Translations under genes and position numbers: made by a program
Assembly (NCBI GenBank): GCA_964016885.1
Contig: OZ024743.1
Coordinates: 215,264,001-215,328,000, forward strand
DNA: 64,000 nucleotides
Origin: Eledone cirrhosa
Taxonomy: Eukaryota
Direction: 5' to 3'
Notes under the pieces: generated by a model
The model's input: only the letters and a program-made list of their open reading frames with translations
Database searches by the model: none
Told to the model about the DNA's origin: nothing
Shown: piece by piece, positions 13,467 through 26,642 of the stretch
Layout of the letters: each line of letters starts with the position of its first letter
How positions within the stretch are numbered: position 1 is the stretch's first letter

Positions 13467-14529
13467 GTGAGGAAGACCCCTCTATGTGCTCCTGAGGGGA
13501 AGGGTTGCACACTTTTTTCAGAGGCGCCTCCTCCCTATTGAGGATGTTGTTATTAAATTTATGTTTGTTATATTTTATATATTATTTTCATATTTTGTTA
13601 TTGCCTCCTCCTTATTGAGGACGCCTTTTTATGGAAACTCCTCCCATTGTACTTGTCCCACTTTTTGATGCCCTGGTGGCAAATAAAAAGAAAGTTATCT
13701 ATCTATCTATCTATCTATATATATATATATATATGTTCGTGTGAAGATGAATATAGTGTAAAATGCAGTTATAAACATTGACCGATCCGTTCCCTCACTC
13801 GAACATACTAAAAAATAACTTGCTAACATATTACTTTTCTCCCAGACAAACACACTCAATCTTAATTGTATAGAGCTACAAAAGCAGAAAAGTGGGGTAA
13901 GCTTGGACTGTTGTAGACAGAAATGATATGTCTACCGTGATATGGTCTTCTCTATGGGCGGATACTATTTCTACATAACTACCTAAATTATGATTTATGT
14001 CAACACCAGTCAGTGAAACAAAATATCTTAATTACATATTTGAAACTGTAAATATTGATCATGCAATTGGAATGTGCTTATGCGTCATATTTCATATACC
14101 AATTTCTGTTTCAACTCTGCTCATATTGTGAGAAAACTTACATTAATATTAATAAATTATTATTAGTATTATCTTTGTTGTTCAGTCTATGAAGACGTGT
14201 GTACACATCGCTCAGTAAGTTTTGTAAATTCTCAGGTTTCTTATATAACATTCATTTTAATACTTTTGTCACAACCACAGTATAGACCGCCCTATCAAAC
14301 GAACCCCATAATATTTGGACTAAAGTCCGTAATATTTAAAGCTTAATATTTCTTTTATTTTCAATGGTTACTTCCGTAAATAAATGGAAGAAATACGCTT
14401 TCACGAAGCCAGCTGCCACGTGACCGCTATTGAAATGTTGACACTAATGTCCCCACTGATACCATTTCCACCACTACAGAGAATAAAGACACCGCCACCA
14501 ACAACATAAACAGCAACATCAACAAAAAG

Positions 14530-14760
14530 ATCATAAAGAATTAGCATTCCATGAGATCGTAACATGTCAAATATTTTATAAATGCTTAGTAAATATAAAG
14601 AACTAACATTTGAAATTGAGAGAATATGGCATTTTAACGACTCTGCAATATTAGGGAAAATAATAAAAGGCAATGAAAAATATTTGGACCTCGAAAGTCA
14701 AAGAAGTACTGACTGTCACTGTCTATATAATGAGTTGAGAATGTGTGTTACCCAATTTCT
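14530..14760 (+). pseudogene. Highly degraded R4/Dong-like RLE C-terminus
   Basis: LSKYKELTFEIERIWH..LGKIIKG resembles WSKYKDLEIEIGKMW..LGMIPKG at 58470-58575. Confidence 0.55.
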
Positions 14761-14897
14761 CTCAAGATATGAAAAGTAAAAGGCAGTATTAAATGAAGGT
14801 TCAGAAAATAATAATTGTAAAATAAATAAAAAAGCAATATTAAATGAAGGTTTAGAAAATAATAATTTTAAAATAAATAAGCAACAAAAATAGTAAT

Positions 14898-15081
14898 AAT
14901 TGTTTCTACTTTAGGCACAAGGCCAGCAATTACCCAGTGCATTACTGGTACTTTATTTTATCGACCCCGTAAGGATGAAAGGTAAAGTCAACCCCGGCGG
15001 GATTTGAACTCAGATCGTAAAGGGACGTAACCATGCTGGAAAGCATGGCGTCCGACCCTCCACCGATACTGCCAATCCACC
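14898..15081 (-). mobile_element. tRNA-derived SINE (Meta-domain type)
   Basis: Near-identical to the copy at 640-826. Confidence 0.9.
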
Positions 15082-15469
15082 ATAATAATAGCAATAACAA
15101 AAAGTAAAACCCAACTACTGGGTCGACCATTCCTCTATACCCCTTTCTAATTCCATCCTCTCATCCCATATCCCTCTCTGGAAGGAATCTGCTGTATTCA
15201 GACCTGGATAGGAGATAGACTCCGCCAATCTTCCAGAATATCCTAGATACGCAGCGGCGCTACTACTTGATCAGGCGTTACGGTTTTGAAGAAAAAATAA
15301 TTTATTTATTGGCCAAAATGACCGACACATAGGGGACAACATATACAGGGAGAATAGGGGATTAGTAGAATATTGAGTAAAAAAGGATAATCAATTAAAT
15401 GTATAACAATAATTCTTACCCAATATGGATAATAGCATACAGGGGTCACTCATGACTTTTCCCAATTCT

Positions 15470-15935
15470 AAGCCCCCGTACTTTCCAATAGCACTCTATT
15501 CTCGTTATGATCTTTCACTATTATATCAGTTGTATTGGCGTTGATTGTTATGTCGCTTTTCACAAGGTAATTCCATAGGATTGTCATGTTCTCGCCTCCA
15601 GTTTCTGCAGCTGGATTATGGTTGTACAATTTTCCCTCTGTGTTTATACCAAAAAGCCTGCATATTGCACATTGAACATATTGGCGCAATCTATCATGCC
15701 TCGATTTATATTCCTGGGGTGATAACACCTTGCAGCCTGACACCAGTTTTTCAATGGCCTCAACATTCTCATTACAGAATTGACACATTTGCTCAGTTCT
15801 ATTTCTGATCATATTTTTTCGACAGTTACGCGGGGAAATACGCGTTGAATGACGCATATAGAAACCAACATATAGCCCTCACTCTCTAACTTTATCCCAG
15901 CGATCTGCATCCACTGATGGGTGAGAGTTTTATCT
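15470..15935 (-). pseudogene. Degraded R4/Dong-like CCHC plus RLE fragment
   Basis: CQFCNENVEAIEKLVSGC, YKSRHD and ILWNY..INANTTDIIVKD are homologous to 55990-56310. Confidence 0.75.
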
Positions 15936-16199
15936 ACATTAGGTTCTTTGTTACGGCGCACATGCAGTTGGCTTTGCGCTCATTTAGTGCACAGTCTCGT
16001 TTGAATATCGCAAATATATTGATGCTCTTTGCAGCTTTAATTAAATAATATATGACAAAATATTCCCTATTTTTATCGTTTGTAGAACGTATTTCACTTC
16101 TAGTGATTATTTTTATTTTCACCAGCCACATTCGTATTTTTTCCATGTCTATATCTTTATATTAATAACATTTCACCATTTTCTTGATCGATATCTTAT

Positions 16200-16600
16200 C
16201 GTCTGTGAGTAAAAGCACATCACATATGAAATAGGTTTTTATGGTCTTTGATTCTAACATCCAATCGCTTGGTTTTGACCTCTCTCTGTCTTGGCATCTC
16301 TCATATTTTGTTTACTTTTCATTTTCTGACAACGGTTGTGATATATGTTCATATTAACTCTATCATGTATGTGGATATATTCTTTTCCGAATAACACTGA
16401 GCCCACAGTGATATAGTGGTTAACTGACATACTGTATAGCAATTCTGATCTGCTGCATTATGTATTTTTTGGTGTTCCTGGTGGAGAGGATTTACAATCA
16501 TTCTATCACGACTTTTACACCAGTGCTCCTTCACAAAGTTTCTGAATGTTGTTTGATCTCTTCCTCCCTATTTAATTAATTGTTAACGGATATAGGTCAT
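16200..16600 (-). pseudogene. Very degraded R4/Dong-like fragment
   Basis: VNHYITVGSVLFGKEYIHIHDRV resembles the H-I-x-x-G-C..EY..RHD motif. Confidence 0.45.
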
Positions 16601-16674
16601 GCAGTTAATTCTTGTCATTGTTTTAGCATAAAATTCTGGATTCAATTTTTATTACATTAATTTTTTTCAAAATT

Positions 16675-16786
16675 GTTCAAATCCCGCCGAGGTTAACTTT
16701 GCCTTTCATCCTTACGGGGTCGATAAAATAAAGTACCAGTAATGTACTGGGTAATTGCTGGCCTTGTGCCAAAAGTAGAAACAATT
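16675..16786 (+). mobile_element. 5'-truncated Meta-type SINE
   Basis: Starts at the B-box GTTCAAATCC and has the Meta core and 3' end. Confidence 0.85.
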
Positions 16787-17006
16787 ATTTTTTTTCCAAA
16801 TTTGGTTGCTGTTCCGTCTTTGTTTTAATGTTTTTGCTTCCTTGAGAATAAAATAATTTACTTTTCGTTTCTGTTTCTTTGTTTTTTCTTTTATTAATTT
16901 GCATGGTTTTCATTAGACACTTTTTGTTGTCAAAGAAGTATTATTCATTATTATATACTTAATAAAATTGCTTATTGGTTCAAAATAATATTCATTATTA
17001 CTATGA

Positions 17007-17220
17007 GGGCGGTGGATTGGCAGTATCGGTAGAGGCTCGGACGCCATACTTTCCATAGAGTTACGGCTCTTTATGATCTGAGCTCAAATCCCGCCGAGGT
17101 TACCTTTGCCTTTCATCCTTATGGGGTCGATAAAATAAAGTACCAGTCACGCACTGGGGTCGATTTAATCGACTTTCCCCTCCCCCAAATTACTGGCCTT
17201 GTGTCTATATAAGAAACCAT
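17007..17220 (+). mobile_element. Meta-type SINE, longer 3' variant
   Basis: Same head and core as the other copies, plus an extra segment GGGGTCGATTTAATCGACTTTCCCCTCCCCCAAATT. Confidence 0.9.
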
Positions 17221-17278
17221 TATTATATATTTAATAACATCGCTTATTGGTTCAAAATAATATTCATTATTACTATGA

Positions 17279-17468
17279 GGGCGGTGAATTGGCAGTATCG
17301 GTAGAGGGTCGGACGCCTTGCTTTGACACATATAATTACGGCCCTTGCCATTCTGTTTTCAAATCCCGCCGAGGTTAACTTTGCCTTTCATCCTTACGGG
17401 GTCAACAAAATAAAGTACAAGTAATTCACTGGGATAATTGCTGGCCTTGTGCCAACAGTAGAAACAAT
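17279..17468 (+). mobile_element. Meta-type SINE
   Basis: Matches the family, closest to the 3017 copy. Confidence 0.9.
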
Positions 17469-20400
17469 TATATACTTAATAAGAGCGATAAGCCACAGAC
17501 ATACTCGAAGAATCTAACTAATCCAATCCAAGTCAGGGCCTTCTCAATAATGTTGGAGGAACCTTTCACTGATCAACCTCCACCGTTTTGGTTTTGGTAA
17601 TATGTTCAACAGTGTTGCCGCTCTCATCACGCTTGGCCAATTGTGGGTTGATGTGTCTGCCCGTTGATTCTCAGGATTTCATCCGAAATCTAATATCTCT
17701 TATCATCCTCAACAGACAAGGGCCTGGTGGGGGTGCCATTTTATTTGCCAACTCCACGAATATGAAGCTGGTTCTACTGGGTTTCATGGTACAAGAGCAG
17801 GCAGACGCATTACAAAATGGCCTAGAAACCGAATTGTAAAGTGGACTGTCAAATTGTCCACACTGTCTAACCTCAATAGGATTTTCTACATTAATGCAGG
17901 CGCCAATCTAAATAAATGTTTCTATAACCATCTACAAGCTAAATGAATACTTAACAAACATAAACGTAGCTTTCAATGACCTCTTGTAGTTTATATTCCC
18001 TACATAATATAGAGGCTATTCAATCGATCCTTCTCAAAAAAATAGATGTTGAGCCAAGCCCCTACTCTAAGTGATTTATACAAGATATTAATTTCAATGA
18101 TAAGATCCTATGTAAACTTAAACCCCTTTCACAAATATATCCTGAAATACACACAGAAAAATTATCGAGTGACAACCGCCTTTTTCTGTAAATATAAATA
18201 TTAACGTAAGTAAAAAAAAAAAATCTAAGAATTGAAATATAAACACGCCCCGCTCCTCACCATTAACTTATATTATAATATCTTCAGGAAACACTCCGTC
18301 AAAATCTGTTTGTGGTGTGATCTGTTCTAAAATAATTGATAATACCAAACCCCTATGTTTTTCTCATTTAAACGGAAAAATCTCTTTTTTGTTATATTTA
18401 AGATGTTCGCATTCCCTACTACTTTAAAACATTCACAAACATACATTTTCTCAAAATATCACTCATTCACTTAATATGTAACCCAACCAGCCCAAGGTGG
18501 GGTTTTAACACTATTAGAGTAACACCAAATACGTGAGTCCTAAATTACTAATTTTGTAACCTCATTTTGCATTTTCCCATCATATTCTTTCTACGCTTTC
18601 TATAATTTCCACGCAAAATAATTATCATCTTTTCGTCTTTCGTCTGCTATGATGATATCCTGTCTTTAGACATTCACAAATATAAATGTTTATCAACATT
18701 ATCGTAGGCGTATATGTGAATATGGATTTAACACCATTATATGACTCCTCTTCTCTCGTATGGTGAGAAACCTCCTCTTACCAATGCATATCACCAAAAC
18801 GTTTTGCAAAATCTCGTTAAATGTCTATGCACATAGGCACATAGGCACATAGCTTACGATTTTGTAGGCTTCGTTGGCTGAAGAAAACGAATGAATTGTC
18901 CTGTGTACGAATAATAATACATATATTAATATATACTATCTAAGACGGAGGTGGTCCACTGTCTGGATAAGACCAGGAAATAAGATCAATCCTGAGAGAG
19001 GACATGATAATAATAATACATCTGATAATATGTTTTTATAGGTTTTATGGGTAGACGTTGCTAAAGATTTTAAATATACAATCAAGAATTTACAGAAGGA
19101 AGTTTATAAAAATGAAGGAATATTATTCAGTTATGTAAAGAATGGTCTAAATACTCATAGAATAATACACAATAGACCACATGTTCTGCTTCAAATGAAT
19201 GTGTAATCATCAGCATTAGTACCGAGCAACACCAATAATAATAATAATAACTCCAACAACAGGAATAAATATTTCAAGAAATTTCAAAATGAAAATAAAA
19301 TTTCTTTCCCACTTTTACATTTAATAAGAAGACGGGAAAGTTAGAATGTAGAAAAAATCTCTCAAGAGCATCAATAATTATTATACTTGACATTAATGGT
19401 ATTAATATATTAATCATAATAGGGAAAATGAAAGAATCTGCATAACGTTAAAAAGATAATATTTTATTCCCAATATCTAATATATTCTTCGTGGTGTTTC
19501 TAATTGGTTAATTCTGTTCAATAGTGACCGAGTTAATGGGATTTAAAACGTGTAAAAATCAAACCAAATGAATGTAACGATTAAACATGCAGAAAGAGGA
19601 AAAATAAAACCTGTGATAAATGATGGATTAAATACACGAAGCATAATTATAATAGGGCCAAATAAATGGATATAGCCGGCAAATCTATCGATGACAGCTC
19701 TAACTTCATTCTAATCCATTAGAGTGACTATTTTCAATAAATCATTAATTAAAGTTGCCTTTACAGGATGCTAGATTACATAATCTGTTTTGACACTTGC
19801 ATGTTTCTTAAATCGGTAATGTACAAAGGCTAGAAGCATGAAATGGTTTAGAATCAAGCTTTATGTTTAAAACAGATTTTTTCAAATATTATACAAAAAG
19901 CAGTCAGTGCTTTGTGTTCCATATTCGTTTTTTCTTGGATCTGTATCAATATATCAAAGAGTTGGCATTCACTCACATTGAGTCAAGCGAAAATTCCATG
20001 GGAATGTTGTTAATGCTACAGCCGGTTCTGGAATAATCAACCACCTACAAATTCAAGAGGAAACCATTCCGGTATATTGCATTAATATAATTCATGTAAG
20101 ATAATATTAATTATAGAAATTATTTATTTAAAGAAAAGCTTGCGCTTATTAAATAGTAGAATTATAAGAATTACTCATGTTAAGAAAACTAGATGTAATA
20201 TAGTATAAACATGTTTATTTTCGTGCACAATTTCGCATAAACAATTTCAGAAATTCATTATATATACATATAAATAATAATAAAAGTATAACTGAAATAC
20301 ATATGGCTTCTCACAGAAGCCATACAAATAGCTTTTGGTTGTTGAAGTCTAATTGAATGGCCAAGAACAGTGAAAATAAACAAATACAATATTTTCATTC

Positions 20401-21430
20401 GGAATAATATCTTAAAATTTGAAATTGTATTTTTACAGACTTTGATTTCCCGGCATACTATACTTACTGTTAACGAATATACTTTATCCATGCTATCAAA
20501 CTATACAACGATGAATTTGATGAAAGTATATTTTTATTAAATAAAAAAAATCGATTTCTTACGAGCTGTGGGGAAACGTAAATAATTTCAATTTTAATAT
20601 TAAAATGTAATTCTCATTGTAGATTAAAATGTTATGGTTAACGTATATTTTCTATTATTATTGTTGTTGATATTGTTATTATAAGTTTAGACCTATGTGT
20701 AAACTTATAAAATTAAGCAACCTAACGGTTCACCAACAACTTAATAACGGTTAATACAAACCCTAGAAAAGATAGTTTGTAGATAAAAAAATGTATAAGA
20801 TACCTACAATAACAACATGGCCAGTAATTCGGACGAATTTACATTTAACAATCAAACACCTATTGACAATAAACGACTTAAAATAATCCCATCGTTAATA
20901 GCTGTGAGTAACAAACAACACATGCACATAAATACGAACTACAACACAAAAACACTTAAATGAAAATCACATACCCAACTGTATCTAGTGCTTTGCATTA
21001 CACCTTACATAATAAATACCAACATTATCACCACGTGCCTCTCTAACAAATTGCACACTATCTTAAACATTTATAACAATTATAACGTGCTTTAACACCC
21101 CCACACAAAATATCTTTATTTCAACTGCAGTATAACTCATACCCCATACATGCCTTATTGACTGTATTGACTCCTGCATTGTACAGCAATTGTCCTTGCA
21201 TATAATGTAGTTGCCTCTGTTTTTTTTGCTTGTGATTTTTGTTGCTTGTGCTTTTTACTTTTACTTATACCTATTACACTTCCAATCAGTGTTGCCTGTA
21301 ATTGTCTTATTTCAAGCGGAATATTTTTTAAACACCTTACTCTCCACATGATGCCGTTGACACTAATAACAATTATGTACCCTAAATTTTATAAATGACT
21401 AGGTTGCTAGTTACATATTTTCGACATTCC

Positions 21431-21485
21431 TTATACTCCGATGATTTCAGACTTCCCTCTGGAAGAAATAATTGTCAGCTAATAA
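21431..21485 (+). ncRNA. Hammerhead-like motif with CCGAUGA core
   Basis: CCGATGA-TTTCAG-ACTTCCCT-CTGGAA-GAAA-TAATTG-TC-AGCTAATAA. 6-bp stem II, GUC triplet, weak stem I. Followed by AATAAA and (TA)n. Confidence 0.6.
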
Positions 21486-21537
21486 ATATTCTAAACTAAA
21501 ATTTGATCGTTTCAACACTTTGTATTTATATATATAT

Positions 21538-22760
21538 ATATTTAATACAATAACAGAGATAGTTTAAAGCTAAGCTCCGACTGGTAACCATCTCACTCAA
21601 CAAAGATTAGGTTATATGTTAGTATAAACCCAATTTAAGTGTTTGGGGTGCTGACTATATGTATTTTGTGGAAAGCCAGTTGTATTATTTTATGAGATAT
21701 AATTAAAGTTAAAATATATCTCTCTTTCCAAACAATTGTTTCATTATAAGTTTTCTACAAATTGGGAGAATGTTTCCAGTTTATGTAGAAGCCTGACATA
21801 TATTCATGTAAGAATATATTTAGGTGGGCACTTATAAATCTTCAGTGGAAGCCCATTAATCTTTGATATAAGAAAACATTCTTACCGCAGTTAAAAATCG
21901 TGTCTGCTAAGCTGCTCCTTCACGCATCGAATGACCGCCAAATTTGAAATTCCAGCAGTCTGTTGACTGAGGAAGTATCATAGCGCCACTAAGCGGGAAA
22001 GGGAGACAACCACGATTCACGAGAAAAGAAAATAATAAACACGTGGGTTAATTAGTTTTTTTTTAGATATTATCAATCCAACGTGTTAAGAACTCAATTG
22101 AAATTAAAAAAATAAATGTATGCATGTATTAATTACACACGCATATAGATATTTTCTTAGGCTAAAAACAGAAGTGATACCTAAATAACGTACCGCATCT
22201 CATAACCGTAGTAAATACGGAAGGTTACGCTTTAAAAGGCGATTGGGAATGTAAATCTCTGGCCAAATTAAGAGTAAAATATTTAATGCACGCGGGTTAA
22301 TTAGTTATTTCAAAACTAATATCAATTCCACGTGTTAAGAACTCAATTAATTTAAAAAAATAAATGTATGCATGTAATTATATACACATGCATATATATA
22401 TTTTCTTAGGCTAAAAACAGAGAAGTGACAACCAAAAAACCTCCATATCTCATACCAGTAATAAATACGGAAAGTCATGTTTATAAGGTACCTGGAAATA
22501 AATACCCCTGGCTTAATCAAGAGTAAAATATTTAATACAATAACAGAGATAGCTTAAAGCTAAACTCCGACTGGTAACCATCTCACTCAACAAACATTAG
22601 GTTATATGTTAGTATAAACCCAATTTAAGTGTTTGGGGTGCTAACTATATGTATTTTGTGGAAAGCCATAAATATATCTCTCTTTCCAAACAATTGTTTC
22701 ATTATAAGTTTTCTACAAATTGGGAGAATGTTACCAGTTTATGTAGAAGCCTAACATATA
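21538..22760. repeat. Composite direct repeat A-B-C-C'-A' bounded by (TA)n
   Basis: 21538-21800 is repeated at 22528-22760 (one internal deletion). 22040-22287 is repeated at 22288-22536. Confidence 0.85.
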
Positions 22761-23585
22761 TATATATAAGTGTGGTGGTAGGTGAGCGTATGTATGCCAA
22801 CATGCGTTAGAGAGTGTATGAGTGTCTATAGCTTTATGCATATATAATATATATACATATATCTGCCTGCGTGTACGCGTGTGTTTATCAGCATGCAAAC
22901 GAGAGTGTATGAGTTTCTATTGCATTATACATATATATAAGCGGCTTTCAAATATCAAATTAATATAAAGCGCTTTTTATGATAAACGAATTATGTCTAG
23001 ACGTCTCTTTGTTTCACCAAAATGTTATTGATATATTCATGTCGTTTATCTTTCTCGTTCCAATTAATACTTGTGACTAAATCAATGACTTCGCATCGTG
23101 TTATATTAGTAGCATATTTTGTAATGAAATGTTGTCTCAGCAATTTCTATCTTTTTGGAATGGTTTCATATAAAGTAAAAATGCTTTTCATTATTTATGG
23201 TTTTCGTATTTTAAGTGTGTTGTCCATGAGATATACGTGTACACAGACGGTGTTATAAAATAGGAAAATAGTCAAACTGCACGAAATAAAAAGTAATTGA
23301 GTACTATGTCATGTGGCAAAACGGAAATAACAAATAAACAGTTGAATAATGAGTTTAAAAATATCAATATAACTAAATACGCAAAGTAATAAACAGGCCA
23401 ATAAACATAAAAAAAACAACACTATCAGAAATTAAATACAACCTCATGCTCGGAATCGAAATGTATGAGATATAAAGAAGTAAAATTAAACATGACATAA
23501 GAATTATTGAAGACGTTAAGAAGATGCTAGACACTGGAAAATAATACACTTACAAACACACACAGAGACAGACACACACACATAT

Positions 23586-23657
<72 letters not shown>

Positions 23658-23779
23658 TAGAAGATTTTTTTAAGAAATCAATTTCAATTTAGATATATGT
23701 TTATGTAAAAGATGTTTTCTCTTCCATACATATATATATCCATACATACACACATACATACATACATACATACATACAT

Positions 23780-23830
<51 letters not shown>

Positions 23831-24492
23831 CATTTTAGTACAGCATTGACGAAGCTTTAGAATACGGCCAAGCTAACGTATATGCATAATCGGTATGTAG
23901 CTTGAGCACTCAGATGAGGAAAGACCCCAGAGTAATAACATTACGTTCAGACTGCTTAGCAAATCAGATATAGCGGTCGGCAGTCCAGCCGCATCATTAG
24001 AGCAACGAAAATACAGGAGCCAGGAAAAGATTTTATACTGACCCGGACATAGCGGTGAGGCTGAGTGCAAAATATATAACTTACATCGTATATCAACAAT
24101 ATAGATCACATATAGCATCCAACATCAGCGCTAGGTTTCTGCAAATCCAAGATCGACAAATTCCTATTGCAGGAGCCTGCAATATAATGCTTTTTGACGA
24201 CAGAACATAGGATTTACTTCTTCAGCAAGTCCTTCGTTCTTAGCCTGAGCGGGTATGTTGTAGCTTTAAATGTCGCCACAGACACGTGGTTTACTCCAAG
24301 GGAAGTAACCCCCGCCTAGGCGGTGAATTCTAATTTGAGATAAAGGAATGAATCCATTTATACAAACCGAATACAGCACTCAACCAGAAGTTATCAAACA
24401 AACTTAAACAATTAATCAATCAATAGAATCAACTAATTAAATTAATCAGTTAATCGTTAATTCTATGAGTAAATATAAATTTTAGTACAGCA

Positions 24493-24590
<98 letters not shown>

Positions 24591-24720
24591 TTCGACTGTT
24601 TCGATATATGTTCATCCTGTTTGTCTCTCGGGAATTATATAACGAAGTCCAATAAGATGAATAGGGGAGATACTTTTTGTTGGGGGGGGGGGGGTATATA
24701 TATATATATATATATATCAG

Positions 24721-24850
24721 CTGTGGTAAAAACCAGGTATACTAAAACCCACTAGAGTACTCGATACTTATATCTATATATATATGATTCAGTATCCCGA
24801 CGGCTGAGATCCGGCCGTTTCGACAGTTAGATCCGTCGGTGTCCTGAATC
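24721..24850 (-). mobile_element. Short PLE-like pseudo-LTR end with the 3' half of a hammerhead
   Basis: The minus strand reads CTGTC-GAAA-CGGC-N9-GCCG-TC-GGG, then TAAGTATCGAGTACTCT..TTACCACA. That tail is shared with 29677-29800. Confidence 0.6.
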
Positions 24851-24919
24851 TTTTCATATATATACGAGAGATAATATGCAAATATACATATACATACATA
24901 CATACATATATATGTATAT

Positions 24920-25046
24920 GAAATCATATACAGAAACCTTAAAAAAGTTATATAGATCGATAATTAGGTATATTGAGATATAGGAATAACAAATATTTAC
25001 CAGTGTTAAATGTATATTTTAAATCTCAAATTTGATACCCTCCCCC

Positions 25047-25078
<32 letters not shown>

Positions 25079-25216
25079 GTGGTGTGTATGTATGTTTATC
25101 AAATCTAAACTGTATAATATACATATAGCGCTAGGATATATTTGTTATTCATATTCTCAATATACCTAATTGTTAAACTATATAATTTTCTTTTAAGCTT
25201 TCTTTATATGATTTCT
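24920..25216. repeat. Degenerate inverted repeat of about 78 bp (MITE/foldback-like)
   Basis: 24920-24997 is the approximate reverse complement of 25138-25216. Confidence 0.7.
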
Positions 25217-26642
25217 CTTTGCACTTTAAGGAACATATGCAATGAATCCTTTTCTTAAAACGTGGCTTAAGTCGATGTGTATGTGTGTTTTCTCAGATGA
25301 TATATATCTTACTCTATACAGCGATATTGGCCAACAATAGGTATGCGCTCAAGAACATTCTCACCACACTACCTTTCTTGACCAAGAAATAAGTCCTTCA
25401 TTGAAGCAGATTGCTGAGAATAGTTTTTGCACATATAATATTGACGATTGCCACATCCCGTTCCAATATTCATTCAAATATATTTAAAATTTGTTATCTC
25501 CTAACATGTTAATTGTGTTTCATTTTACAAAGGAATAATTAGAAAATAATACGAAATTGTGCGCAGAAATCCTTTCGGTAATAAAGCGTTAAGTTTGTAA
25601 AACAATAAAGTCCATATAATTCCATTTGGACCCTGTGTAATCTTATTGTTCATTTCAGTTTTATGTTTTCTAATTATGTTTTCTTGAAATTTTGGTAGTA
25701 TGTATTGTAAAATCTTCAATGTGATATTATATTTTTGAATTATAATTTAAAATATTCCAATGTCTACGACTATTTTTCGTAATCAGTGGTTGAATTATGA
25801 ATGTATATGCATTTACGATATGATAGGATTTCTGACCTGATTGAAAGCTCCTGAAATTAGATTACATATTAGCCTACAACTCAAAAAGATATTAAATTTT
25901 ATCCTACCGTCACTCTCAAACTGAATTCATAACATATATTTATATTGCTGTTTACTTAATCCTGTTAATAATACTTTCTTGGCCGGGTAAAAACCAGGTG
26001 AAACTAATTGAGGATGTTTTATTCTCAAATTGCTGTTCATATAAGTTAGAAAAGACAAACCTGTTAATCATAACATATTTCTGGAAAACCTCCAAGCCGT
26101 TTTATTTCTATGTAGAGTTAGAATACACGCACGTTAAGTCGATGCTTAGAATGAGAATCCATCTGGATTTACTTTGATCGGTCTCCAGTGAAGGCCTTGT
26201 TTTAGATCCGCTAAATTTATGCACATTCAGTTCATGAACATAAGCTTATTAACAAGGCAAGTGCTATGCCTACAATATTTTGTAACAGGCTCGTTAAGAA
26301 TATACAGATATGTAGATAAGTAGAATTGATACGTGTTATTAATAGAGTGTTTCTATTCAAATAACGTGTTTATAACATGTTTACTCTATTGTTAGCTGTG
26401 ACCGTGACCATATAATTAGGGCAAAGGTAAATATGTGTAAGCTTGTGATAGTGCGTGATTACATCCGATGTATACACAAAATAGAAGTAGGCTAATGGTT
26501 GTAACTTTGGGGGTTCCCAGTAATACATACATTCACGCAGACACACACACACAGACAAAAACGCCTATATATATTATAAATGATAAAGTTATAGGTTTTC
26601 AATAGAGTTATGAGAATACTTTTTATTCGTTTTTATAAGCAA

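Larger units (their letters stand above)
8798..13695 (+). mobile_element. L1-clade Tx1-like non-LTR retrotransposon, degenerate, RT core deleted
   Basis: ORF1 with zinc knuckle, APE endonuclease (LLVGDWNGILD, SYLDRF, SDHK), GPGYWKLN linker, C-terminal CPRC..ETVAHALVHC, and a 3' end AATAAAAAGAAAG. (TATC)n lies on both sides. Confidence 0.9.

Noticed and set aside
25970-26015. GCCGGGT-AAAA-ACCAGGT-GAAA-CTAATT hammerhead-like 3' half
   Set aside because: There is no CTGANGA core upstream, so it is at best a decayed remnant.
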